Of a stretch of DNA of 64,000 bases, positions 14,550-27,880 are shown in pieces. Within the stretch, counting starts at the first letter, position 1; each line of letters starts with the position of its first letter. The notes under the pieces were generated by a model. That model was given only the letters and a program-made list of their open reading frames with translations. It was not told the origin of the DNA and ran no database searches. The translations under genes and the position numbers were made by a program. The stretch comes from the human T2T-CHM13v2.0 reference genome, Homo sapiens: assembly GCF_009914755.1 (NCBI RefSeq), contig NC_060947.1. One strand, 5' to 3'.

Positions 14550-15295
14550 AATTTATTTTTATCGAGGTAAAATATACATATGTAACGTACCTTCCTTACC
14601 ACCTGTAAGTGTGCAGTTCAGTGGTAATAAATACATTTATAGTCTTTTATTTACCCTTCATCCCCCCCTTCCCCTTCTGGCCTCTGGTAACCATCACTAT
14701 AGTCACTATCTTCATGAGAACCACTTTTTTAGCTCCCATAAATGAGTGAAAATATGCAATATTTGTCTTTCTGTGCCTGGTTTATTTCATTTAACATAAT
14801 GACATCCAGTTCCATCCATGTTGCTGCAAATGACAGGATGTCATTCTTCTTATGGCTGGATAATATTCCATTGTGTACATATACCATATTTTCTTTATCC
14901 ATTTATCCATTGATGGGCACTTAGGCTAAATCCATATTTTGGCTATTGTGACTTATGCTGCAGTACACATGAGCATGCAGATATATCTCTTTGATGTACA
15001 GGTTTATTTATTTATTTATTTCTCTGTTTCTTTCCCTAGCAGTGGAATACTTGGATCATATAGTAGTTCTACTTTTAGGATTTTGAGGAACTCCATAATC
15101 TTCTCCATAGTGGCTGTAGTAATTTACATAATTTGAGGAACTGTGAGAATATTTTCCAAAGCCACCATACCATTTTGCATACCCACCAGCAGTGTATGAG
15201 CATTCTGATTTCTCCACATCCTCTCCATCTCTTGTTATTATCTGATTTTTTCCTCTAGCCATCTTTGTGGGTGTGAAGAGGTATCTCATTGTAGA
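14550..15295 (-). mobile_element. L1MA/MB 3' fragment
   Basis: Antisense L1 3' UTR and ORF2 end (tttgtctttctgtgcctggtttatttc, gttgctgcaaatgacagga). Confidence 0.8.
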
Positions 15296-16829
15296 TGACA
15301 AATTATTCAGAGGTTAACACTCGTTTATGTGTTGAAGCATTTGGTCAAGGCTGAGTATTCATGAGGCCAGTGAAATAAATCCATCCAGTGAGAAAAGAGT
15401 GTTTGCAAACAGACAAGAAAACAAGATGTGTCCAGACATTCCCAACCACATTTCGAACTCTTCACCTTGGCCAAGTATCTCATAATGCATCGTTGTCTCA
15501 CATAGCCTTATTGGAAGACAGCATGGATGATCCTTTGTAAACTTATTGACATTGTTATGATTCCAAGTTCATACGCCACCATGTTTGGTTAGCAGGAGCA
15601 ATTCCATCCGGGAAAGAGAGAATATTTTGTTTGTTTTGCTTATGTTTTAACCATCTGTTGAGAGACAGAATTATCCTTCACCTCTTTGGCAGTGTCTAGT
15701 TGATGAAAAAATCCTCATAGTTCTGTTTTCTAAATTGAATTTGTGTTACAAAATGATTCAGACTGAGAATGAGAATTTTGGGAGTATCCAGGCAATTCAG
15801 CATTCCAATTAATTTGGGATATAGGTCATGGCCACCGCCATGAAATATGTGCGTTTGTCAAAGATGTTAAGACTCTACTACTCAAGGCTTTCACCTGACC
15901 AATATCTCACCTCCCCTAATACAGCTCCCATCAAGAGGCAAGCTTGAATTCCAGATATTAATTATTTTTCTCATCCTTTCCCTGTGATTTGGGCTGTTAA
16001 TATAGAAAATGTTATTGATGATAGGATGATGATGATGATGATGATGATGACAGAGTTTGTCAGAGCATTGAGCACTTCTCAGCAGGCTTCAATACTTGAG
16101 CATCAGGGATTTTACTTCGGAGATAGCAGTGATGTTGAATAATTTCATTAGTGCCTGACTCACCAGGACAACCACTGTCTCTTGCCTACCCACTATCCAT
16201 ATCTCCTTCTTTTTTTCAATAAACAGACCTCAAGCTCGCTCAGAAAAGTAATAAGACTGATTAAACCCATCAATGCCCCTGGATTCCCTTGCTGCCTTGG
16301 GTGGCTGAGACTACAAACTCTTTGATATAAAAAGACAAAGATTTATTTGCAAAACCTTCACTCCTTTGCTCTTTCTCCTTTTTTCTGGACTAGGGATCTT
16401 GAAGCATGGAGTTGTTGCACTATCTTGTAACCATAAAGCCTGAGGACGAAAGCCTGGAGCCTAGGGATGTGGTTGCTTCATCCTTAGGAAAGGAGGGGAT
16501 GAGCCTAGCTACCTAAGGTTATCACTGAGCCATCACACCAGCTCACGGCTCAGCACTGAAGCTGGAATAATGTTGCTTTTCTGTTATCTGAATCCGAGTG
16601 GAATTCTGTCTGATATGCTCTGTCAGCTGCAGGGATCTGAGGATTGTTTTACAACTCAGTACATTGAAATATCCCACATTTGTCTCTGTGATATTCGGAA
16701 ATCAAGACCACTTTGAAGAGATGTGAAATGAAGATGGAATGGAAAATGGAATGGAATTCAACTATTGAAGTGGTCTTCATGATGACTCCAGACTTCTAAC
16801 ATAAGGTGCCAGGTAGGTAGTAGACTCCT

Positions 16830-17390
16830 TATCAAGCTAGAGAAACTGGGAATGGTGAAACATAATAATAAGATGAAATTAAAGGATTCACATTTGGACA
16901 TAATGAGTTGTGAGACACATACTTGCAGAAATCAAGGAGGAAGTGGGAGCTCAGAAAATGGATCTGAGAAGGAGAAGTCAATGCATACCTCATCAGCAAG
17001 GTGATGAGGAACAGTTGAGATTATCCATGGAGACTCTGTGGAGGGAGCTGAGAGTACCCACCACACACCCTCAGCAAGTCCAGCACTTAGAAACTGATTA
17101 GAGCAGGACCCTGTAGAAAGGAGGATAAGGAGAACACTGAGAGGTAGAAGGAAAACCAGAAGAATGTGAAGTTACCAACTCCAAGAGAGAAGCATTCTAG
17201 GAAGGGATCCCATTTAGCTCCCATCAAATCATGCTTAAACGGACTTAAAAGAAGATGCAGCATAGTATCTATTGGATTTGCCAAGATGAAATTTATAACA
17301 TTATACAAATAGCTCTGAGGATGATGCCAAGTAGAAAAGGCTGAATAGAAAATGGTTTCAAACATAGCATGATTATTTAAATAGAAATAT
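16830..17390 (-). mobile_element. L2 fragment
   Basis: Degenerate purine-rich L2-like sequence (tttggacataatgagttg, gaaggaaaaccagaaga, ttggatttgccaa). Confidence 0.45.
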
Positions 17391-17715
17391 ATATGTATAT
17401 TTGTGTTACTGGACTCTGAGACTAATATACACCTTCTCTTGGACATAATTGGCTTCCAAAGGCTGACAGAGTTACTGTTAGGTGGAGAGATCTGGAGTGA
17501 TTCTTATCTTCTTTTTAATATATGCTATAATTTTTTGTTCATTTTATACATTTTCAATCATTTCTTGATTAATTATATGAAGTGACAAAAATAGCCAAAT
17601 TATGTGGAGTCCATTCATGTCTTCATTTAAACTAATCCTGTTTTTATTGGCAGGCAATACACACAATTTGGGAAATGGTCAATTAACTAATGTGTTCATA
17701 TCAGTCACAGTATTT

Positions 17716-18220
17716 CTTCTTCTTTTTTTTTATTATAGACAGGGTCTAACTATATTGCTGATATGGTTTGTCTGTGTCTCCAGCCAAATCTCATCTTGAC
17801 TTATAGCTCCCATAATCCCCACAGGTCATGGGAGGGACCCAGTGGGAGGTAATTGAATCATGGGGGCAGGTTTTTCCCATGCCGTTCTTGTGGTAGTGAA
17901 TAAGTCTCATGAGAGCTGATGGTTTTATAAACGGGAGTTCCCCTGCACATGCTCTCTTGCCTGCTGTCATATAAGATGTGCCTTTGCTCCTCCTTTGCCT
18001 TCCACCATGATTGTGAGGCCTCTCCAGCCATGTGAAACTGTGAGTCCATTAAACCTCTTTTTCTTGATAAATTACCCAGTCTCTGGTATTTCTTTATAGC
18101 AGTATGAAAACGGACTAATACAATTGCTCAGGCTGGTCTCTAACTCCTGGGCTCAAGTAATCCTCCCACCTCGTTCCCCCAAAGTGCTGGTATTGCAGCC
18201 ATGAGCCACAATGCTCAGTC
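17716..18220 (-). mobile_element. FLAM/Alu monomer interrupted by a THE1 LTR
   Basis: tagacagggtct...attgc [LTR] attgctcaggctggtctc...gagccac; flanking agtcacag(t/a)atttct duplication. Confidence 0.75.
17759..18122 (+). mobile_element. THE1 (THE1C/D-like) MaLR solo LTR
   Basis: tgatatggtttg...ggactaataca, 364 bp, 5-bp TSD attgc. Confidence 0.9.
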
Positions 18221-18629
18221 AGTCACAGAATTTCTGAAAGGATTGAGCTTCTCTTTTTGCCTTGTCCTGACATTCCTAGATTATTGTCTAGACAAAAATT
18301 ATTTCCTTTTGAACCGAGTTTACTATAATAAATAATGCTATGTCAAAAAACCATGGGTAGCTTTAAACTCCTTTAGATTAATAGATTGTTATAATTCCTC
18401 TCTTTTCCATCTCAAAAACCTGCCTCATAACAAATGCTCCTTTTGCAGAAATATTAACAGAGCATTTATTTAATTTTTCATCAAAGAATAACAGCAAAAC
18501 AAGAAGGACAAATATGCATGTATGCGTTGGTATCCCAGAAGACAATATACACATAATGTATAGGAAATAATCACAACATCAAATTGACAAAACTATGCAT
18601 CTTTAGTGACTTCATTATTTTAAGTTCAT

Positions 18630-18849
18630 GGAGACCCATCTGTGGTCGATGAGGCAAAACTGACAGCTGCCTGTTCTTGTAAATAAAGTTTTATTGAAAC
18701 TCTGCCACATTTATTAATTTACATATTGTCTGTGGCTGTTTTTTTGCTACAAAGGCAGAGATGAGTAGTTGTAAAAGAGACCATATTGTCTTCAAAGCCT
18801 AAAATACTTCCTGTCTGGTCCTTTACAGGAAAAGGTTGCAGAACTCTGA
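18630..18849 (+). mobile_element. MER58A-like hAT element
   Basis: gtaaataaagttttattg...aaagcctaaaatac...tctggtcctttacag. Confidence 0.7.
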
Positions 18850-20310
18850 TTTAGAGCATCTACTATGTGCAACTAACAGAAAAAGAAACCTTTTCACGTG
18901 GTTAAAACTCAGAGCAATAACAAAATTATCAAAAATACTGGAAGAGGTTTCCAGAAGATAGAGAGATGATTTCCAGCTGGGTAACTGCAGAGGTTAACAG
19001 GAGAAGAAGGTAAATGAGGCTTCTTTCTCAAGGCAAGGATGTGAAGCAAACATAGCTGGAGAACTTGGTCCTTTTCCACTGGGCTGATGTTTCCTGAAGA
19101 CTGTCCCACTTTCTTGATGAGAGCTCCTGAGGGTATGCTCATCTTTGACTAACCAAATGTATACCAGTCCACTCAAGGTTCTAAGAAGGTCTGCATAAAT
19201 AAATGCAGAATTTCTCAAATGCGTAATAAGTCATGAAATACCTTCTCGGGAATGATTTTGTAACTATGCAGAATGAGGTAATGTTTTGGGAGCAGGAGTG
19301 CAATATTCTGGGAGAGCTAGACTTGGGAGAAATTCTGTATAGCCAGGAAATGAGGTACTAGATGGATGGTTGAATTTGGCCAAAAATAGTCAGAAAGCTT
19401 TGCTGCTCATTTGCTTGTTGTAGTTTGATAACTAACAACCCAGAAGTTTTGGGAGCCTTTGCACAAGTATGATATTGACCGAGGTAGCAATAACCTAAAT
19501 ACAAATTAAAATAATTCTTAGTCCACTTAGAACAGCTGGACTAATGATACTGGCTACATGACCCACTTAAAACTGATAATATTTACTTCTTAAAATGTGT
19601 CCAACAGTATTTGAATACATGCATTGAAGGAACATATAATAGCAGTTTCTATAGCTGGCAAGAAGCTGAATCAGAAAAACTTGACCATGCACTGCACAAA
19701 TTTCCCTGCCTCTCTTCTCTCCAGTTGCTACCCTGCCTTAAATTCTACCGAAAGAAGTTAAAGCTCGCTTTGTTTTTGAATAGATCTTAAACATGATGAT
19801 TATTGACCTCATACCCAAAGCCAATTATACTGAACAAAATCGAGATAGGCTCATTCAACCAAGAACAAAACAAAGATCCCCATATAGATATGATTATTGG
19901 AAATTCTGCACAATAAACTAAGATTTGGAGTAGAAATGAAAGGTCCAAATATTGGAAATGACAAGGAAAAATTAGATTTATTTGCAGATTCTCCGAATGT
20001 CTGCTGTAAAAGCATGATGATCTATTATTAGATGGTTGAGCAAATTGATTTGTTCTAAAGTATTTCAATATCTTTTGTATATGCCAGATATAAGTAATAA
20101 GAAAAAAATGTTTAAGCAGTCTTGAAATAATAAAATACAGAGTGTAAAATACATTGAGATATACTCTGTAGGGGACAAGTTTCCATCAGCCCATATATAT
20201 GTGTGTGTGTACATGTGTGTATATATATGTGTGTATATTTATATGTGTGTGTGTATATATATACATATGGACATATGGGCTAAACTTCTGCCTTAAAACA
20301 AGCAATGTGC

Positions 20311-22362
20311 CTTTATTTTATTTTATTTTTAAATTAAATTAAATTTTAAGTTCTGGGATACATGTGCAGGATGTGCAGGTTTGTTTCATAGGTAAACGTG
20401 TGTCATGGTGGTTTGCTGCACCTGTCAACCCATCAACCAGGTATTAAGCCCCACATGCATTAGCTATTTATCCTGATTTTCTCCCTCCCCCCATTCCCCT
20501 GACAGGCCCCAGTGTGTGTTGTTCTCCTCCACATGTCCATGTGTTCTCATTGTTCAACTCCCGCTTCTAATTGAAAACATGCAGTGTTTGGTTTTCTGTT
20601 CCTGTCTTAGATGGCAGAGGATAATGGCTTCCAGCTCCATCCATGTCCCTGCAAAGGACATGATCTCATTTCTTTTTATGGCTGCATAGTATTCTATGGT
20701 GTATATGTACCACATTTTCTTTATCCAGTCTATCATTGATGAGCATTTGGGTTGAATCCGTGTCTTTGCTATTATGAATAGTGCTGCAATGAATATACAC
20801 ATGCATGCATCTTTGTAATAGAATGATTTATATTCCTTTGGTTACATACCCAGTAATGAGATTGCTGGGTCAAATGGTATTTCTGGTTGTAGGTCTTTGA
20901 GGAATCACCATGCTGTCTTCCAAAACGGTTGAACTAATTTACATTCCCACCAACAGTGTAAAAGGGTTCCTGTTTCTCCACAGCCTCACCAGCATCTGTC
21001 ATTCCTTGACCTTTTAATAATTGCCATTCTGACTGGCATTAGATGGTATCTCATTGTAGTTTTGATTTGCATTTCTATAACAATCAGTGATGTTGAGCAT
21101 TTTTTCATGTTTTTTGGCCGCATAAATGTCTTCTTTTGAGAAGTGTCTGTTCATGTCTTTTGCCCACATTTTAATGGGGTTGTTTGATTTTTTTCTGGTA
21201 AATTTGTTTAAGTTCCTTGTAGATTCTGGATATTAGACCTTTGTCAGATGAATAGATTGCAAAATTTTTCTCCCATTCTGTAGGTTACCTTGTTTACTCT
21301 GGTGATAATTTCCTTTGCTGTGCAGAAGCTTTTTAGTTTAATTACATCCAATTTATCCATTTTTGCTTTTGTTGCAATTGCTTTTGAGGTTTTCATCATA
21401 AAATCTTTGCCTGTGCCTACATCTTGAATGGTATTGCCTACATTTTCTTCTAAGGTTTTTATAGTTTTGGTTTTTATATTTAGGTCTTTAATCCATCATG
21501 AGTTAATTTTTCTATAAGGTGTAAGGAAGGGGTCCAGTTTCAATCTTCTGTATATGGCTGGCCAGTTTTCTCAGCACCATTTGTTTGTTTTTGTCAGGTG
21601 GTTGAAGATCACTTGGTTGTAGATGTGCAGTCTTATTTCTGAGATCTCTATTCTGTTCCATTGGTCTATGTGTCTGTTTTTGTACCAGTACCATGCTGTT
21701 TTGGTTACTGTAGCCTTGTAGTATAGTTTGAAGTTGGGTAGAGTGATGCCTCCAGCTTTGTTCTTTTTGCTTAGCATTGTCTTGTGTATATGGGCTCTTT
21801 TTTGGTTTCATATGAATTTTTAAGTAGTGTTTTCTAATTCTGTGAAGAATGTCAGTGGTAGTTTAATGGGAATAGTTTTGAATATATAAATTACTTTGGC
21901 CGTATGACCATTTACATGATATTGATTCTTTCTATCCACAAGCATGAAATGATTGTGTCCTCTCTGATTTCCTTGAGCAGTGGCTTGTAGTTCTCCTTGA
22001 AGAGGTCCTTCCCTTGTTAGCTGTATTTATAGGTATTTTATTCTCTTCATAGCATTGCAAATGGGAATTCATTCATGATTTGGCTCTCTGCCTGTCTATT
22101 GTTGGTGTATAGGAATGCTACTGATCTTTGCACATGGATTTTATATGCTGAGACTTTGCTGAAGTTGCTTATCAGCTTAAGAAGCTTTGGGGCTGAGACG
22201 ACGGAGTTTTCTAGATATAGGATCATGTCATCTGCAAACAGAGGCAATTTGACTCCCTCTCTTCCTATTTGAATACCCTTTATTTCTTTTTCTTGCCTGA
22301 TTGCCCCAGCCAGAACTTTCAATACTGTGTTGAATAAGAGTGATGAGAGAGGGCATCCTTGT
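20311..22362 (-). mobile_element. 5'-truncated older primate L1PA (~2 kb) with disrupted ORF2
   Basis: T-rich tail, antisense 3' UTR, frameshifted ORF2 fragments ([24 protein letters not shown]; [12 protein letters not shown]). Confidence 0.9.
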
Positions 22363-22810
22363 GTATTACATTAATGGCCACCCTTCATGTCATCTGCTCC
22401 GCTGAGTCTACAGGCCAGGTAAAAAAATTTTTTTTTCAAATAGCCATGGGGAACCAATAAATGTTTTATGCAGGAAAATGACATGATCCAATTTTTGTTT
22501 TAGAAAATTCTATAAACTCTGACTACAGAGACTAGAACACATTGTAGGTGATACATCCTAGAGCCAGAGGGGCCAAAGAGAAGGAAGTGTTTGCTGTAAA
22601 GGAGAAAAAAAAGTTTTAAAACTGTATATCCTAACTCTGAAAAATGAGGACATAGGTTTTTACTTAAATCTCTCTGATGTCCTAGGAGCCTTAAAAAGTT
22701 TAAGAAGCATCTAGGATAGCTATGGACTCCTGAGAAAAGTTCTTTCTCTATGATCCTCATATATGGAAATATATGTTTCCTTCTGCAGGTTCCTGGCGGA
22801 GGTTCTGTGT

Positions 22811-22883
22811 CAGTCTAGGGCATGTCTGCATGACTCCCACTTGCTTCTGGCTTCTGGGAGTCATGCAGACATGCCCTAGACTG
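22811..22883. repeat. Perfect 29-bp inverted repeat with 15-nt loop
   Basis: cagtctagggcatgtctgcatgactccca (22811-22839) is the exact reverse complement of 22855-22883. Confidence 0.95.
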
Positions 22884-23005
22884 TCATAAAGCCTCCCTCA
22901 TTTTGAGTTCTGCAATTCCTGCTCTTGCAATCTGTGCTCAGCTCAGAGGCCAGGGTATTTCTCTAAAAACATAAACCATAGCATGCTCTCTGCTGCTAAG
23001 CCTGT

Positions 23006-23840
23006 TGATGTCTGACCAGGTTGTTGCCCACTCACTGCCTGGATAAAGCTGAACACTGAGACAGAGATGTTGCCGTAAAGTAAGAGTTTAATTATTGCAA
23101 GGCAACCGAGCAAAGAGAACAGGAGATATTTCTCAAAGCCACCTCCTCAAAACTTCAGAGGCTAGGGCTTTTAAAGTTGATTTGGCAGGCAGGGGGACTA
23201 GTGGCAGGTGCTGCTGATTGATCTGGGATGAAATCATAGGCGTGTTGAAACTGTCTTCATGTACTGAATCAGTTCCTGGAAAGAGAGGGAGTCACAACAC
23301 CAGACAAGTCAGTTCATTGGTTGGGGTGACAGGCCACTAGTCTGGTTGCTGTCAGTTGGCCCACTCGCGAGCCAGGTCTGAAAAATATCCCAAAGACCAG
23401 TTTTAGGTTTTACAATACCTTTTGTGACTGCCAGTTACTATGGAAAGCAAGCTGGGAAGCAGTGGTAGGTTATCGTTTACTATGCCTGGAGTATAGCAGA
23501 AAAGTTTTCAGGAGGTGATATTTCCAGTAATCAAAGCTGCCTGGCACCCCCCTTGGCAAGCTCAACTTCTGGAAGCCATTGAGGGGGTCTGCATGATCTA
23601 AGGATCCCTGTTTTTTAAAAGAAAAAACAAGTTCATTAATCTTGCGGGCAGCCTGCCTAGGGGCTAGGACAGGAAGATAATCAATTATTAGTGATTACCA
23701 CTTACTGAAATGACTATAAACAAACAATCATGCATGGAGGAGGAAAACATCAGAGAGAAAGGAAAATATCTTACTGAAATTCAGGCCCCTACCATAATTT
23801 TAATTTTGTGGCCTTTTAAAATTCTATGAAGGCAGTTTCA
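23006..23840 (-). mobile_element. ERV1 MER4-group solo LTR (LTR8/LTR26-like)
   Basis: gatgaaatcatagg...tcagttcctgg...aaggcagtttca resembles antisense LTR8-group sequence; left boundary approximate. Confidence 0.6.
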
Positions 23841-23943
23841 TACCTCTGCAACAATGTACAGCTGCATTTGAAATGCACTGGGAACACTTGGCCCTGGTTT
23901 ATGCAACTCCATCTTATCCTCTGCACCATCATTGTCCACTCTA

Positions 23944-25264
23944 AAAGGAGACTTCAGAAAGTTCATGGAAATATTGTGTTATGAACAAACTATGCATGGA
24001 TTTCAAATTTTTGTTCCACCAAGATAAACTCATACTAGCTTGTTATAACATGGGTCGAGTTTGAGGCACGAAGAAGGATTAGACATCAGTTTGAAAAGAG
24101 CCCCTATCAGAGCAATATGAATTTCACTACAATGGAAGCAAGAACAAACATCAAATTTATGATGAGCCTTGGGTGGAAGAAGGGTGAAATCATGGATGCT
24201 TTATGAAAGTTTTATCAGGAAAATGCTCCCAAAGAAATCAGCAATTTACAAATGGATAACTCATTTTAAGAAGGGATAAGATAATGTTGAAGATAAAGCT
24301 TGCATGGAAGACCATCCACGTCAATTTGAAAGGAAAAACTAATCTTGTTTGTGCCCTAATTGAAAAGGACTGATGATTAAAAGCAGAAACAATAGCCAAC
24401 ACCATAAACATCTCAACTGGCTCAGCTTACACAATTCTGACTGAAAAATTAAAGTTGAGCAAACTTTCCAGAAGATGGGTGCCAAAATTGTTGCACCTGG
24501 ATCCACTGAAGACAAGAGCAAAGCTTTCTATGGAAATTTTAAACAAGTGACATTAAGATTTTGAAGCATTTCTCTGAAGAACCATTAAAGGAGAGAAAAC
24601 ATAGCTTTACCAGTACCATCCTCAAGGAAAAGCACAATCAGAGCAATGATTACCAAGAGGTGGAAGGGGTTCTGCCAAAGCAAAAGTGGATGGATCAAAA
24701 ACAAAGATCATGGCAACAGTTTTTTGGAATGATCAAGGCGTTTTACTTGTTGACTTTTTGGATTGACAAAGAACAACAACATCTGCTTATTATGAGAGTG
24801 TTTTGAAAAAATTAGCTAAAGCTTTAGTGGAAAATTGTCCAAGAAAGCTTCACCAGAGAATCCTTCTCCACCACTACAATGCTTCTACTCATTCCTCTCA
24901 TTAAACAAGGGCCATTCTGCAAGAATTTCAATAGGAAATCATTAGGCATCCATCTTAAAGTCCTGATTTGGCTCTTTTTGACTGCTTTTTGTTTCCTAAT
25001 CTTAAAAAAAAATTAAAGGGCACTTTTATTTTTTTAACCCATTTAAAGGGCACCCATTTTTCTTTAGTTAATAATGTAGAAAAGATGGCATTGAGACGGT
25101 TAACTTCCCAGGAGTCTGAGTTCTTTAGGAATGGACTAAAATGGCTGGTATTATCACTTACAGAACTTGAACTTGATGGAGATTAAGTTGAGAAATATAG
25201 TTTATATTTTTTACATTTTTATCTTTTAATTCCATTTGTCCACGAACTTTTTGAAGTCCCCTCA
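23944..25264 (+). mobile_element. Full-length HSMAR2 mariner transposon, transposase pseudogenised
   Basis: Terminal inverted repeats (ggagacttcagaaagttcatgga / tccacgaactttttgaagtcccctc), ~1.3 kb; ATG at 24117 (MNFTTMEARTNIKFM...) followed by stops and frameshifts; DLALFDCFLFPNLKK motif. Confidence 0.9.
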
Positions 25265-25567
25265 TGTCTAACGGCAGAGGAATTCTTTATATGCATTCAA
25301 TAGAATAAGCCACTTCCCACTGCCAGGCCCTTTCCCTGGCTGTACCTTTCATCAGGAGAGAGAAATCTCTTGCCTAATTCCAGCCCTGATCTCGCATATG
25401 ATCAGACTTGGACATGGAATATTTATCAGGTGCTGTCTCTTCTGGTTTTCCTCTAGCCAAGTCTCAAATCTCCCCACTACCAGGGTCCAGAACTATTTTT
25501 CTTTTCTATGTCTCATTCAAAAGAGTGTTCTTTGTTTATTTTTTCCATTGCTACCTTCAAAATGGAT

Positions 25568-25603
25568 ACACCTACTGTGTGAGTAACACCTACTGTGTGA
25601 GTA
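25568..25603. repeat. Perfect 18-bp tandem duplication (acacctactgtgtgagta x2)
   Basis: Direct inspection. Confidence 0.9.
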
Positions 25604-25694
25604 AACAGTAGCAAAGAAGAGATCCTCTTTCACACTGAAAGTGCAACTAAGAAAAGACATCCTCATAATTACAAAATAAGCGACTGAAGGATAA

Positions 25695-26270
<576 letters not shown>

Positions 26271-26613
26271 TGAATACACAGATCCATATGAGTCTTTTAG
26301 CATGAACTATGCAAAAGCAATATGCCATCGTCTCTTCCATTTACCTATAAGTCAAAAGATAATACAGTTCTATGTTCTTAGTGTCACTCACAAATGACAT
26401 CTCTGGCATCCTGTGTGTCTGTTGGGCTTCTATAGATCATGACAGACAGCAGAGATAGAAAATCAACATTCAAGTCCCACTTTCCCTTCCAATAGGAGCA
26501 CCATTTCCTCTCTATGTAGCCTGTATTCACAGAATATCTGCTTGTAAAGCCTGCCTGTTCCATATCCCCCATGAGGCAGAGCATACAGTCTAGTCATTTC
26601 TGTCATTTGTCCT

Positions 26614-27038
26614 TGTAATGGGTTGAATAGTATCTCCATGCAGACATGTCCACCCAGAACCTGTGGATGGAACCTTGTTTGGAAAAGGGGTCTTTACAGA
26701 TGTAATTGAGTTAAGGACTTTGAGATGAGGTCATTCTGGATTAGGGTAAGCCCTCAGTGTCATGAGTTTATAAGAGAAGAGAAGACACACAGAGGGGAAG
26801 CCACGTGGTGATGAAGGCAGAGACTGGAGTGATGAGGCCACAAGCCCAGGGACACCTGGAGTCACCAGGAGCTGGAATCGGCAGGAAAGATTCTTTCCCT
26901 AGAGCCTCCAGAGGAAGCATGGCCTTCTCCACACCTTGATCTCTGACTTTTTTTCTCCAGAAGCAGGAGAATAAATATCTGTTGTTTAAGCCACACAGCC
27001 TTTGGTAAATTGTTCTGGCATCCCTAGGAAATGAATAC
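26614..27038 (+). mobile_element. MLT1 (MLT1B-like) MaLR solo LTR
   Basis: tgtaatgggttgaatag...ctaggaaatgaatac. Confidence 0.8.
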
Positions 27039-27702
27039 TGTCCTGTAGTATAATTATGAATTTTACTCAATAGCTCATCTCTTTAATGAACACTTACATT
27101 TTGACTTTGTGTTCCAATTATTGAATAAAAGACTTGGTAATCAAATAGAGGATGTAAATTCAGATACTGTCCTGCAGGTGAGGGAGATTCTGTTTAGAGG
27201 AGTGAGCCACTTGAAATTCCACTGCTTAGGTGAGGTAACGAGCCGCCCAGACAGCTCTCCCAGACCCCTGGGTTAATAAGCACACATTAAAGATGAACTA
27301 TAGGCATGCCTCAGCTAACACAGGCCTTCCATGAATGAGTAGACTGTATAGGTGCCTCCGATATTGGTGGGTAGGTAGGTGTTCCTAGTGTATTTTCAAA
27401 CAGATAAAGAAGAGTTTAAAAATTAATTTTAATAAAGGGAGAAATAACTTGTAATGGTAAATTCTAAGAAGACATTATGTCTGTGACGGGCACATCAGAA
27501 GATGCCTACATTGATTTTCTTAACTTGATTCTCTTACAAGCTAGAATTAAAGTATCCTAAAGTGCCAAGATGAGGATAGTTAAACTATGAAGTTTTGAGA
27601 AGGTGAGTATCTGTAATGGAGCTAATCATTAGGAATCAGACCAAAATAAAGAATCATTTGATTACACATTTTTTTTAGATAAATTATGAGAAACAAGTGT
27701 TA

Positions 27703-27880
27703 GAGAAGAGGTTCTCAAAGCAGTGTCCACATTAGCAGAAACAGGCTCATCTGGGACCTGCTTATAAATGCACATTCTCAGGTCCCACCCCAGTCAGACT
27801 TGCTAAATCAAACGCTCCAGAGTGAGGCCCAGAAATCTGCATTTCGACAAGTCCTCCCAGAGATGCAGATGCAAAACTTC
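27703..27880 (+). mobile_element. MER5A-like hAT element
   Basis: ggttctcaaag...aaatgcacattctcaggtcccacccc...ggcccagaaatctgcattt. Confidence 0.65.

Noticed and set aside
24117-25186. Possible functional mariner transposase
   Set aside because: Early stop after ...GEIMDAL and multiple frameshifts
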